This document shows positions 37,653-51,751 of a stretch of 57,160 bases of DNA, piece after piece. Below the pieces are notes generated by a model, which was not told the DNA's origin, made no database searches, and was given only the letters and a program-made list of their open reading frames with translations. The DNA comes from Amoeboaphelidium protococcarum X5 (lineage: Eukaryota; Fungi; Aphelidiomycota): NCBI GenBank assembly GCA_023515725.1, contig JALDTO010000114.1, positions 1 through 57,160 of the forward strand, in the 5' to 3' direction. Both the position numbers and the translations under genes were made by a program. Position 1 is the stretch's first letter. Every line of letters begins with the position of its first letter.

Positions 37653-40600
37653 TCAATGACGGCGCACATTTCTGTTCATGCTAGCTAAGGCAACACGTCT
37701 CAACTACTCAGCATCTCGCGCTTACTTTGACGACTAGGACTATGATTATGACTATGATGACTATTGGCTCTGTAAGTGACTAGGCCCAGTTCTGGACACT
37801 GCGGATGAAGGTGCAAGGCCACGCGAATCTTGACGCCCATGATAGTCTCCAGAATAGCGTCGCTAGTTGGCATAATTGTCGCGATAGTCACCTGCTCTCC
37901 CTCTGCCACCACCACTTTGATCATCGTATCTGGATGAGCGTTGAGACTCTCTTGAAGCAGTCAAAGGTTGCTAATAGTGCGATCGCGAGGATGAATCAAG
38001 CCTTGACGTTGAGCTTCGTTGTTCATAACCACGTTAAGCCGAATGCTAGCGCAAATGATCATCATTAGATCGTTATGAACGGCTATAATATTCTTCACGC
38101 CCATAGCCACCAGAGTGAACCGATGTTTATTATTGCTCAGGCAGCCGTCTTCTTTTGCCATCATCGTATGATTTAAAGTCCTCCACATGCACTCTCTTCT
38201 ATCGGTTATCATCAGCTTTTACGCTTCTACTTCGTTCACTGGCACTTCTAGTTTCATGATATGGCGATTTCTCTCTCGAAATGCTACTACTACTCGCACT
38301 AGCTTAAGCAGTTGACTCTTTGCGAGCGTTATACCTCAGAGAAGAAGTAACTGAGTGACGTTGCTCTGGCGTAGGACTAACATTCCATCCGGAACGTCCG
38401 GTATCGAGTTTTAACGACATATCAGGCCGCGACTAAGATGGCGATCTAGAACGACTTTTCATCAAAGGAGACTTGACTAAGGAGGGTGTCTGACTTTGCC
38501 CATCTTATATCCCAACTACTTGAGTTTCCTTAGAGTGATTTTCTACAGCAATTGCCCCATCTTCAGCATCATTATCCGCGTTATTCGTCAATTCCTCGCT
38601 TAGCATAGACTCTGCAGAATCTTAAGATTCGCTAACTCCTAAATGGCCCCACCCGGAAACGTCAGTTGTATCCATCATTATAGACGCTTCATCTCTCATC
38701 TCATTGAGTACCGTCACATTGCCTTCTTCATACTCGCCCTCTTCAAAATCTATAGCTTCTTCTTAAGGATCATTTACAATATCAGTCACCTTGCTATTCT
38801 CCAATTCCATTTATTAAGTCTAAGAAGACTCTTGGGATTGTTGTTCATCATTTAAATGTTGAGATTGATCTTCTCCTGACACCATAGAACTTTCAACTTC
38901 TTCATGTTCAATATTTCTATCATCTTCATCGACATCCTCCTCAATATCGCTACGAGAACCAACAGAACCGGATGAAATCGACAGACTCATAGAAGATCCG
39001 TCTAGATATAGAGCCACCTGACGTTTGTCAACTTCCATCTTGATCCATTACTATTTATTGCGGCCCAGCACGGCAAGGTATCTAGTCAGTAGAACTTTCA
39101 AGTCATCACGAATTTCTGCAGCTAACGCCCGGCTAATTCTCTACTCCAGATTAGAACCAATGAGCTGAAATAGAGGGAAGACATCCTTCATTTTATCCAA
39201 CATGATGATACAATTCCGAATGCTGGTGTAACAAGCAGATTCAAGACTGGCCACAACAGCCAATCGGACTCGCTTGAAAAAAGTCTATACAACGTACTAA
39301 AAGTCCTGATACTTTAATGAAGTCTCTTCATCAGGCAGTTGGCGATTCATTTCAGCATCAGAGCTCCATTTCTATTTGAAGCCATGATGGAACTACGCCT
39401 GCCCTTTGTACAAATCTTCGTCTTGATACCAGGTGGACAGCTTTGACAGTATCTCGTTCAAGAATATACCCATATTAGCAGCCTCCATCTAGGAACAGGA
39501 GAAGAAGCATATCTGTAAATCATGCACAATTTTGTCAATTACAGTCAGGTGAGAGAATAGAGGAGCATCTATGTCCAGCAATAACCAGAAGAATCTCGCA
39601 GCAAACAGAGCATCCAATGGCGACAGAAGAGCTCTTGAGCGAAAACAGTAATGATATGCCTAGGTGCCAATGTCATTCCGATTATCCAAACGGATAAACA
39701 ATTGAGTGGCGACTGCCTTTAAGTTTTCTACCACATTGCGTACCTCAGATTAACGATTATACAACTCACTTTGCAAAGAATCAGCAATACCAAGTTTACC
39801 AGGCTCATTCTGATATTTACCAATCTGCTCTGCATACAACTCTGCGCAGTCATTGATCATACCAAGATCTAAAGACCAGAATAATTTATAGAACAATTCA
39901 TTACAAAGAGGCAACTACTCACAGCGAGTATTACATATCACATCTGGAAGAACCTGCAACTGCTAAACCAATATGCTAGAATCACTACTCCCTGCATCAG
40001 CAGTCAACACATTGCGAAGTTGCTTTGACAAGGTACCACGATATACGTGCCAAATATCAGCATCCTGTACATTAAGCTGCAAAAGTTTATCTATAGACGG
40101 CAGAATATTTTGTAGTTCAACATCCTCTGTAACATTACGCGTCAAAAAATGCACCAAGAACAACAATGTAAGCTGCGTCTGATCATGTAAAGAACTGATA
40201 AGCTTGACGTGCTTGTTATTACCGTTAATGTCAAAGGATGGAGTAGTCTTCACCACCAGAATACATTCAAGCAGAGATCCGGCCAGATTCTATTTAGTCA
40301 AAGCAGCGAGTAAGCGATCAGCGGCAATAGCTATTCTCCTAGGACTAATTTCTGATTGTAAATGCAAAAGTTGTGACTTCATCATGGGGCCACAACTCAT
40401 CGCCTCAAGTTGTTACATGCTACCATTTTCTAATAGAACCGCATTACCCACTACCAGAGACAGAATGTCCTTAAGGATTACCAAATCCACCACCTATCCA
40501 GCAATCATTTGCTTTAACACATACTACAGCAGACCAGTGAAATCAACATCACACTTGATAATGAGATTACTAGTCAATGATGATAAAGAGCTGAGCCAAC

Positions 40601-42302
40601 TTGACACGTTCATACCATCTTCTTTGATCCTGGATCCACCACTAGCGAGTTTAGAAACTATACAGTAGATAAGAGTGTCATAAGTCAAACTGGTCATATA
40701 AGCAAACGAGTCAACCATCGGCTATATCATATTCTCGTACACCTGTAGTTGATCGAGAACTACATCAAATACTAACAGTGGATTACGGCTGCTTAGTTTC
40801 GCCAACTGCCTCCCAAATTACCTCACATTGTCTTTACTTATTCTCCTCATAATCTTCTTGGTCTCTTGCACCACATCATCCTTAACGGTGGATAGTTTAG
40901 GTGACGCGTCGTACTTGGCCATCCAGTCACCGTACAACGTGTATCTGACACTATATGACATTTCGCAGAATATATTCCATATTTCACAGTTAATAACACC
41001 AGGAGAGTCTTCATTCACACATAAGCCGGGTAAGAGACATTCTGATATGACGCGAAGCCAAAGCTTCCTATTACCAACGACAGAGTCTTTCATTCCAACA
41101 GCTGCCAACTTGGAGAGCATCTGACATAATACTGAATCACAACCAATAGACTCCTTCAATAGGTTGAGTAATGGAAACACCTGTTCAATCAAAGTATCCA
41201 TATCTTACACTATCATCAAAGGCTATGACGAAGCGAACTACTTGTGGAGGGAATTCACATTAACTAATCGCGGCAACACACAACACGATTGATAGAGGGG
41301 ACGAATAACGTTTACCAAGCAGTAGCAGAACTCTTTCACCACGGCGGGAGAATATTGTACTAGATCTGGAAACTCATTCAAGACCATCAACGCCGATTAT
41401 ATATCACCAACTTTGAACAAATGGATACACAATCGGAACTTTGTCAACTCCTTCTTCTGATCAATGTCATTATTACTATTATTATCCGTAGTAGTAGACA
41501 CATGTGCACTGAATTCAAAGTCATCTTTCACTGGCGACAGATAACCGTAAATATCTTCCATATTCATCAATCGACCTTTAATAAGATATGCAGCCACAGC
41601 GAGAGTCAACTCACCACCACCTTCGTGTCTGAGTTTAAACGCCATATGTGTGCTCAGAGCTCTACTAAAAGACTCCAGTTCCGATCTATTGCTCCAATGA
41701 CTAATAAGAGATATATACAGCTCATTCTACTACAAATTATTACCAAATGCATCCAACACTAGACTAAGCGTTCTATTCGGATCTAGGTTGAACTGACCAA
41801 TTAAAGTCTCGATCTATGGGAAGATATCGTTATGCTCCACAGCATCTTTACCAGATAGAGTTTATGCTCTTGACTGCTCAACATCGCCATTAAATCGACT
41901 AAGGAGAGTTAGTAATTTCGAGTAACCTTCAGACTCTTCACACAATAGATTAAACTTCTCTTACTTGTAGAAGAGACGCGTGCTAATCTTCACCGCCTTC
42001 CTGTGAAAAGCCTTAGCATCCACCAGATTCAAGTCCGCCAGTAAATCGCCATCCAACTTACGTAGTAGCAGTTGAATGTCAACTAGCTTCTGCTCAAGTA
42101 AATGTTTAATCAGAGTGATTACGTTCTATCGGCCACGATCAATGTCATATTAGATTTACGCCATGTTGAGTAACAATAATAAGTCATCTTATGGTAAATC
42201 GCGATAGTTCACTTCATCAACATTAAACTGATCAGAGTTCAATTGACTTATCCAACTTTATATTAAGATTTGCTTGTCATCTTGAACATTTTAATGCGCC
42301 AT
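37653..42302 (-). CDS. THOC2: THO complex subunit 2
   Basis: STRLFYKQEKFNLLCEESEGYSKL, LIGQFNLDPNR, KKIMRRISKDNVRQFGRQLAKL, IVSKLASGGSRIKEDGMNVSSWLSSLSS, and a long charged RS-rich tail. 1550 codons to TGA. Confidence 0.92.
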
Positions 42303-42468
42303 GACTCTACAACAATTGAATTTATAGACGTTTAATTCTAAATCCGGGTGAGTTTCTGTAGAAGATGAAGCGCGTCGGTAACTGATCTCAACGATCAATT
42401 GACTGTAAGAACTAGACTACAACTCTGAAAACTGCCGTAAAATAAAATGAAAGACAATATCAAAATAA

Positions 42469-44757
42469 TCAATTCTATTTAGAAGTCTTTTCGCTGAACT
42501 TCTTAATCAGTTCCTCTTGCTCCTATCTAGTTACCGGCTAGTGGTTCTTGTACTCCATCTGGAACTCACCTTTTCCCTGGGTGGCAGACCTGAGATCAGT
42601 CACGTATCCAAACATCTAGCTTAGAGGAACATCCGCGGATAGATTAACGTATCCGTCCACAACTTCGCTGTCGTTAATAACACCTCTTCGCCTGTTCAGA
42701 TGCGTCATCACATTGGACTGGAACTCTTGAGGTGCAGACACACTGACACTCATGATGGGCTCCAGAATTTGCGGACCGGCTTCATTGTAAATCTGTCTCA
42801 TTGCACCAGTGGCAGCCAGTCTGAATGCCAAATCACTAGAGTCAACACTGTGAGCTGCACCATCCTCAAGTACAAATCTGATTCCAGATACCGGATGTCC
42901 AATCAATCTTCCCTTCTCACATGCCTCCAGGAAGCCCTTCTCTACTGACGGAACGTACTGGCTAGGCATATTCAATCCGACCGTGACATCTTCAAACACA
43001 TTGGTCATATTAGCAGCCAATTTACTCGTTTTACCACCGCTAGTCTCAGACTGCTAGGAACTCTCAGCTGACTATACATATTCCCCCTCTTCATCCACCA
43101 GCGGTTCAATGTAGCCAATGATTCTACCGAATTGACCAGCACCACCACTCTACTTCTTATGAGTGTAATTAAATGGAACTTTCTGCGTTATAGTCTCCCG
43201 ATACGCGACTTGAGGACGTCCAGTGACGCAATCGACACCATACTCACGCTTCAGACGTTCAACATAGATTTCCAGGTGCAACTCACCCATACCACTGATG
43301 ATTGTCTCTTTAGATTCTTTATCCAGGTGAACTCTGAAAGTTGGATCTTCCTTAGTAAATTTATTCAGAGCTTTTGCAAAATTGGGATTCTCCTTCTTTG
43401 GCTTAATCGCATACGATACGACAGGTGCAGGTACAAACATACTAGACATGGACCAATTCAATGTACCATCAGTAAAGGAGTCACCAGAGGCGCATTCAAC
43501 ACCAAAGATGGCACCAATCTCACCAGCGGGCAGTTCATCAACCTCTTCCATCTCATCACTGTGCATACGTACCAACTTTGACAACTTCACCTTCTTGCCC
43601 GTACGAGTATTAACCAACTACATTCCCTTCTTGAGAACGCCTTGATATACACGCATATAAGTCAGCTATCCAAACTTGGTATCCTCCAGCTTAAAGGCCA
43701 ATGAAACCATACTCTAAATCTTGTCCGGAACCAATGTAACTTCGGACTCATTGCGATCGATATCAACACCTTTATTAATCTTTTCAGCCGGATTAGGCAA
43801 GTAATCAATCACAGCATTAAGAAGAGGCTAGACAGACTTATTCTTGAATGCAGATCCTAGCAAGATTGGAGTAAACTTCAGGCTGATTGTTGCTCTTCTG
43901 ATTGCAGCTTTCAACTACTCCACCGATGGCTCCACCTCCTCAATGAACAAATCTGCAATCTCATCATCGCACTCGGCCAGTGAGGCAATAAGTTCAGCTC
44001 TCTTCTCCATGGCCATTTCCTTGAAACCATCAGGAATGTCAGCAATGCGCAAAGTCTCACCATTACTGCCGTCATTGTACACAGCTTTCATCTGCACGAG
44101 ATCTACAACACCTGAGAATGCTTCCTCAGCCCCGATAGGTATCTGAGTTAGAGCACACATCATTCCATTGGCGTGGAATAGCTTCTTTCTCATCATGTCA
44201 ACCACTCGATACGGATTCGCACCCATTCGATCCATCTTATTGATGAATGTGATTCTAGGAACATTGTACCTTCTCATCTAGCGATCCACAGTCTAAGTCT
44301 ATGATTATACACCACCAACGCTGCACAGAACTAGAATCGCGCCATCAAGAACGCGTAATGCACGCTCCACCTCTATGGTGAAATCAACGTGTCCTGGAGT
44401 ATCAATGATATTCAAGCTGTTATCATTCCATCTGGCATACGTGGCAGCACTCTAAATTGTAATACCTTTTTCTCGCTCGAGGTCCATGCTGTCCATTTTG
44501 GCACCCACTCCATCTTTACCTTTCACGTCATGGATAGCAGAGATACGACCAGTGTAGTAGAGAATACGCTCAGTCAACGTGGTCTTTCCCGAATCGATAT
44601 GCGCAGATATACCAATATTTCTAAGCTTTGATAATCTAAGCAGTTCATCAGCAGATGGCTTATCACGAGCAAGCGATTATTCTACCACAGACTTTTATGC
44701 TGTAGCAGCAGATGCGAACCGTCTCCAGATCTTGATCGTTGATGATGTTTTTAGCAT
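42469..44757 (-). CDS. MEF1: Mitochondrial elongation factor G1
   Basis: [89 protein letters not shown]. 763 codons. Confidence 0.96.
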
Positions 44758-44847
44758 TTTTGTTGATCTTGTCAAACGAGAAGGAAACTACATTAGAGTA
44801 GACAGGCGAAAGAGATGAAGACAGATAATCAGAATATTAAAAGCAAT

Positions 44848-46566
44848 TCACTTTTTACTAATCATGTCAGTCAACTTTTTTTGCTTCTTGCCTTTACTGC
44901 CGCTGGTAGATGATTAACTTTGGTTTGATCTTTTCTATCCGCTGGCACTACTTGATGATGTTTAATCAGTGGTAGTCTCAAAGTCATTTGAATGCTCGTC
45001 TTTCGAACCGCCGAGCAGAGTCACATCTTTCTAGTCACCCATGATGTGTAAAGCATAAGCCTGCTTCATCTTGTCAATATTCTCCTTTCTCACGATATCA
45101 TGATCAACAATCGGACGCGGATAATCTACACCAATTATACAACCAGCTTTCTTCTGCGTCTCTTTAGGCATCTTCCATGGCTGATAGATGTAATTCTAAG
45201 GAACGTCTTTCAATACAGGCAAGTATCGTTTAATATACTCACCTTCCTTATCATACTGCTGACCAAAAGTTATCGGGCTATATATTCTAAAGTACTAGTG
45301 AAAGAAGGCTGAGGCAGACAGCCACATCCAATTGCCAGCATTCAAGGCGTAATCGGCATCCAATAAAAGTTCCTCAAATATCTCAACACCTCGCTCCCAA
45401 CTCACATATAGATCGCCTCTAGTCAGAAAACATGCCACTGAATGTCTGGCCAGGTGGTGGATCCATCCTTCCTATCGTAGCTAAGTCATAATAGCATCGA
45501 TCCACGGATAGCCAGTCTTTGCATCGCGCCACGCTTCAAACAACTACTTCTCCTTCAAATCAACTGGTTAATCTGGTCTGTACTTCCATGGAATTTAAAG
45601 GCACACAGGATTCCCCATCATTTTATGAAAATTGGGATTCACAGAACTGGCAGTGTACAAGAATTCACGCCAAAACAGCTGTCCAAGCAGAGATACTGGC
45701 GGCTTAGTGTAGTTTTTACGTTATTTACACACAGCCATCAAGTCATGGTAAAATTTACGCGATGAGAGACACCCAAACTTTAAATATGGGCTCAAAACTG
45801 TGGTAGATGCAGGTTAGAAAGCAGCAGGACTAGTTTTGGGCTTCTCAAAACTTACAACTTTGTCCACCTAGGACAAAAACTACTCAAGTCTATAGTGGGC
45901 CTCCTATTCACCACCTTTATGCCTGCGTACTTTCTCCTCATCAGATAGTTCACCGCCAATTAACTCACTAAGACTTGGAGGCATAAAGTCATTCTACCTG
46001 TCCATGTCAGGAATTTAGTTCAATGTCTTGGATACCACCTCATCAGACAATTCAGTAAGAGACTAAATAGCATCAGCACACTTTCCAACCTCAATTCGCG
46101 ACACGATATCCGTGAACGCTCTATAAGTGAGCGGAGCCTTGCCTTTATTCATTTCAACCACTTGCTTGGTATCAAAGAGCGTGTGTCCAACATTTCGATG
46201 AACAGATACTTTGTTCTACTGAGCCAATTTTTCAATGTCAGCATCACGTTCCACGGCGTACGGCTCAGTGTCCACTTCAAAGTACAGCGATTGAAACTGC
46301 TCGGATTCAAACAGGCGAGTGAAGGTATCATGCGGATTTCCTCTAATGACATAAAGTCTACTACCAAGTGCTCTCAGTTACCTGTCCAGATCCAGAAGCG
46401 ACTCTTGCAAGAATATCCATCTGTTTCTTCCAACTCGGGCGTGTTTAACAAAGTACGGATCCAATATGAACAATGGAAGAACCGCTGAACCATTCTTGGC
46501 TGCCTAAAGAAGTCCTTCATTGTCGTGTATACGAAGCGCTTTCCTAAACCAATATATTGATACCAT
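44848..46566 (-). CDS. (6-4) DNA photolyase / animal-type cryptochrome
   Basis: [90 protein letters not shown]. 573 codons. Confidence 0.92.
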
Positions 46567-46955
46567 TTTATACTGTACTGATGATACTCGGAAATTGTAA
46601 GAGCTCTTTCTACGCTGTGGTAAATTGTTAAAGAAGCGAGAACTATCAATGATGACGTATTGTGCGCGTTTCACAATTTTTCACCTCCCATTGTTTTAAC
46701 TAGGAGGCCTTGAGCGGAGAGTCAGTTTAACGCAGATCGCGAGCTCTAGTAAAATGCCTTTGAGCGGTGAAACAAAACAAACAAACAACTACGGAGCCGA
46801 TTATGATCAAACAATCAATCTTAAAGTTTTTAAAGATAACTACCTACCTCCCATTAAAGCTTGTTTCTATCCCTCTATCTCACTAACTTTCTATTTGAAA
46901 TTTTATAATCGAATCACCGCTTAAACAATAGAAATCACTATTTTGAATTCGCATC

Positions 46956-47647
46956 ATGAACAGCAAGGATAAGAAAATATCTCGGATTGATAGATGCCTG
47001 CCACGGAATTGCTGCTGCTGCATTTCATTAAGAACTGGCATTCTGACTGTGATAGTTCTGAATAGTGTAAGTTTCAATTTATCATTACTAATTTGAACTA
47101 TTATACTGCTAGTGAATGTAGATTGTCTAAATAGTGCTTTTGGCAAGCTTTTACAAGTATCAATTCACTTAGGGCGGTTTAGTTTGGATGGCTCTCATTA
47201 GTGCCGTATCATTGACAATTTATATTCTTGGTTTCATCGGAATAATTAAGTAGAAGAGGTTCTTACTTCGCATATTCACCTATTGGTACTCTATTGTTGA
47301 ACTCGGATTAACAATAGCTAATATTGTGTTGCTACCAGCTTTTCTAAATATGGGTGAGGCTGTAGATGCCTGCTCAAAACAGCTGAATCAAACGGCCATT
47401 GTTAGAACGCCTGACGAGATAAACTCAATCTGCGTCACAGCCACTAACACGTCAATTGCTTTTGGCATTTTAATTCCAACAATCTGGAAGTTTTACATCT
47501 CTGCCGTTGTATGGAGTAAGTTTATATTTGTATGTAATTAAATAGTTGATGATCGATCCCCCGTTGATTAATTTAGGTTATTGGAAGCAAATCAAGAACA
47601 ATAGAACGGATACGGAAGGTATACCACTTGGTGCTTCTGCTATTTGA
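46956..47647 (+). CDS. Small four-transmembrane protein (LAPTM/tetraspanin-like)
   Basis: N-terminal CCCCISLRTG followed by four hydrophobic segments and a loop with two Cys. Introns at 47067-47121 and 47516-47576 keep the frame. TGA 47645-47647. Confidence 0.7.
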
Positions 47648-47954
47648 TACTGATGATGATGGCCTTTTATGAATAAGTATGACTGTACTCTATTTGAATG
47701 AAAAGAAAAATCTTGATTAAGATTGCGACCACAATTTTAAACTTTAGGAATGACAACATCTCTTGACAACTGATCATATAAGAGAGATTCGTCACCAAGA
47801 GCTCGTGACTAAAATTCGAGAACAGACTTTTTGATCTTTTCTTTCAATTTCGATCGCTCTTTCTTTTTGCCTTCATTTAGAACTTTTCTACGCCGAGAGA
47901 ATTTCAAGTTTTCGACAGAATCTGGATAAAAGATTTACAGAAATACATTCAGAT

Positions 47955-48476
47955 ATGCCTAGAAGAAATCGCGCTGCCCCTTCACGCTCTGCATCTTCAT
48001 CGTCTTCATCTAGACCATCTGCTTTTGCATCTAGCGATAGTCGTAGAGAGAATAGAAAGCCTGCTCAGTAGACTCCTGCACCGGCACAGAATGCTCAGCC
48101 GCCAATGATGTAATCTACTCCAATGTCCCAGCCGGCGCCATATCAGTAGCCTTAGTAGTCTAGTTTGCTTGGACAGGTCGCCTCTACTGCTGCCGGTGTC
48201 GCTATTGGACACTCTGTGGGTCATGCTATCACTGGAATGTTTAGCGGTGGCTCTAGAGAGGCGGCACCTGTGGACAATTATTAGTAGTAATAGTAGCAAC
48301 AGTAATAGCCTACCACCACCCAAAGTTCTTATGCAGTGGATGCATGTGAGGGTGATAACAAGGCCCTGCTCAAGTGTCTGGAATAGCATCCTAATGATAT
48401 TGGAACGTGCCAAATGTACTTTGACATGCTCAACGAGTGCCGTAGATCGGTTCAGGATAATGTCCGCTTCGCCTGA
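47955..48476 (+). CDS. MIX17: Mitochondrial twin-CX9C protein MIX17/CHCHD2
   Basis: MPRRNR N-terminus, [26 protein letters not shown]-terminal CX9C...CX9C. Confidence 0.92.
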
Positions 48477-48611
48477 GCTGATGTGCGATGAACGTTAGCT
48501 ATATATTAGGTATTATGGAAAGTGAGTAATCAGCGCCTTATTATGAATAAATACAGTTGCTAAATTCTTATATCTTCATCATCAGTTATGCGAACAATCA
48601 TCTCATTCATT

Positions 48612-51317
48612 TCAATCAAATCTAAAACTTTACTCTCTCTTGAATGCCAATTCCATCATTAGTGATTCGAATGCGCGGTCAAATGCTTTATCATACGTGT
48701 TGGGAACGTGTTCAAGCAGAGCTGTACGCCGTACTAAAAACTCTTGAAAATTCTCAGCGGTAGACTTTTCAACCACCACGCCTTTATAAGTCTTGGCCTT
48801 CTTCTTCAAATCGGGTGTGAACAAGTTGATCGATGGCAACTTCCTGTTACTCTTCAATGATGTCGATGACGACGACGAGGTACTGCCCAGGGTATTATGT
48901 CTATTGAGCGGTAAACTCTTGGATTTCTCCAGCTGCCTACTATTTTTCCAAGTCTAGTCTTTATACATGGCATTTATAAACATTGCCGAACGCGTAGAAG
49001 AGACAGATTCTTCATTCACTTCAATCATATCATCCAGTAACTGATCAACATCCGGGTACTTGGGCATCATGGACTAATACGGCCGTCGTTCCCTCTCATC
49101 GTAATACATGTGATAGATAGTACCCGCAAGAGCCAATTTAATATTCTCCATCTTGGGGTCTCTAGGATGGAGGATAGAATCGCGAACGTGGTCCAGTTCG
49201 GCAAACATCAACTTTAATTTCTCCCTGTCAGAATAGAGCTGCGTACTATTACTACTAGATGAATTCTAGTTACTCTCGACATCGCTGCTATTACTATTGC
49301 CACCAAATGGTATAATCGATGTAAGCCAATTGTTCTTTTTAGACAATCCTCGAATGTACTTGTCAATTTCCAGAACCTCTGTAAGCATAATTTTAAAGTC
49401 CATAATATGACCATATGACATGCGACACACTGCATCATCTTCCAGGATGAACGTGTCAATAACATCGAGATACCGTTTGGATATACTTTCAGATACAACT
49501 GGTGGAGGCGCGTAAGAATAGCAATGTACTTTTAGCGGACGCTGTTGATTAGAGAGTCGATTGAGCTCACTCAAACGATCCTGCATCATCATAGTTAGCA
49601 TTGCAGCAGTTGCACCACCCAAAGAGTGCCCAATCACGTTAATATTCTGAATATTGTGCTGGTCTGCAAGCTCAATGATACGCGGTACCACATTGTCCAT
49701 AAATCGCTAGGCAGCCAGCATAATACCACCATGAACAAATCCATCCTTCCACGGTGTATAATCACAAGCCAGATCAGTCAGTGCATCGATGGTGCTCATA
49801 GTTCCGCGGATACACATTGCAATAGAGTTCGTAAAAGAATCTTTGACAACAAAATAACTCGGGCGATACAAACCAACGTAATTCAGTGAGAAATCCAACA
49901 TGACATCCTCCGTCAAATTCAAATACTCCATCACAGTCTTTCGATCAGCGTCTTTGCGCGCACTATCCCGCACAATGCCCTGTCCTTTGCCAAAGAAGTT
50001 CAATCCTTTCCATCCATAAGTGGCCAGAGCAAATCGGTAAAACTATCTGCCAGTCTAAATTTTGTCCAAATCTTTAACAATTTCACCTCCGTAAAGTCCT
50101 TTCGACTCGGAAATATCACTGCGTATTGACTACAATTAATCTTTATAATAAAAGTATTTCTCCAACAACAAATATCCTTTAATAAAATCCGCGTTACTTA
50201 TACTAGAACCTTAATTCAGAGCCTAAAACATATTCTATATACCTTGAATAGCTTTAAAGGTCTCCTCCGACAGAATAACCGACCCAATCTGCTGGAATAT
50301 AGTCTTACCACCACCACCACTATATTCATCCATTAATTCAGTATAGCTTTTGTTCATCTGCACATCTTACGTGATTATGCTGCGTCCTAAGTGATGACCA
50401 TCTTCCTCATCCGAAGAGGCGGAGGCATTATTAATCAAATCCAGCTAATTTTCTTTAAAAGTACTAAGCTAATCAAATTGATGATCCACTACGACTTACA
50501 CAGCTCCAATATTAAACTAATCTTGACCCTGATGTTATTTATCTTGACCACCCTGTGAAAACTATCTCAATCTACTCCGCTGCCGAACCTATTGATAATG
50601 TGAGGGAGTAATCAATTCGAACCAACTTTAGAACTAGGTGGGAACATCTTTCAGAAGCGATAATTTCAACTCAGCGCGACCAAGAAGTAGCGGGCTGAGC
50701 ATGAATCTGCTCTAGTATAGATCAATACAGAGCGTATTAAACAGCAACGAATGATATGGAACATGAAAGGTGAAGCTCTCATTCCATTCCAGCTCTTGAT
50801 CGAGACGCTAAATCTAGTCAAGTTATTATGAAGTGATAGACTATTTCTAAATGTTACTACCGCCAAAAACAACACTGCCACTAGATCCAGCAACGACTTG
50901 AATAGTCGAAGTGTCAAATGACTAATGACCAATCATCAATCGGAGAAATAGCGCGGCGGTCATGGGCCTCTGTAGCCGCAACTTTCTCACAGAAATCTTC
51001 ATCAACTCCTTGGACAATTTCATATTTATCATCACTGGTTTATCGTCCTTCAGAGTAGAGGGATTGTATTATGCTGTACTACCGTCCTATTACCCCATTA
51101 AATTATCAGGAGAAGAAGAGGAGGATGAAACAATCATTTCCCGTTCAGATTCATCAATTTCCAAGTCATCATCATCATCGTTAGAAATTACACCCCTATC
51201 CTAACCATCAAATCCAAGTTTAATTTCACTATCATCACTCTCAACATTATTATTTTACTTTACAAAAACATAGTCATCACCATCTTTAAATTCGATATTT
51301 TAATCGTTATCACTCAT
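48612..51317 (-). CDS. Class-3 lipase (DAG-lipase-like)
   Basis: CIRGTMSTIDALTDL, GFVHGG, nucleophile elbow VIGHSLGGATAA, YSYAPP, DDAVCR. Acidic N-terminus. 902 codons to TGA. Confidence 0.85.
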
Positions 51318-51751
51318 TTTTCTTGATATGATGGACACGCCGAAGAAAGAATTCAAATTTTACAGAAAAGAAATCGCCGCCAATTAGATTCGTTTTGGTA
51401 ATCTTGGCTTCTGAGACGATTTCTTTTAGCATTCTTCCTCCTGTCAGTCAGTCAGCCAGTCAGTCAGTGAAGAGTAACGGGCATCATGTTTCAAAATTGT
51501 AATTTCTCTCAGTGCATTGCGTTTCTGGTGAATGAGACGATTGTTACGCGACTTAATTGAATTCAATAAAGGACTGTTTCAGGCTTTCTAATATTCATTC
51601 TTCCTATTCGGATTCCTTCGTTCTTTCTCTCTTTCATTCCTATATTCTTTAGGAGAAGTTGAGTCGTTAGTTATTTAATAGCAAACTTATCCAAGTTACC
51701 CAATCTTGATAAAATTATTACTCCGTTTAGAATATATCCAAATAATATAGT

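Noticed and set aside
51442-51468. (CAGT)n short tandem repeat, and a similar (GTCAA)n near 56665
   Set aside because: Ordinary short promoter microsatellites without spacers. Not CRISPR-like and not telomeric.
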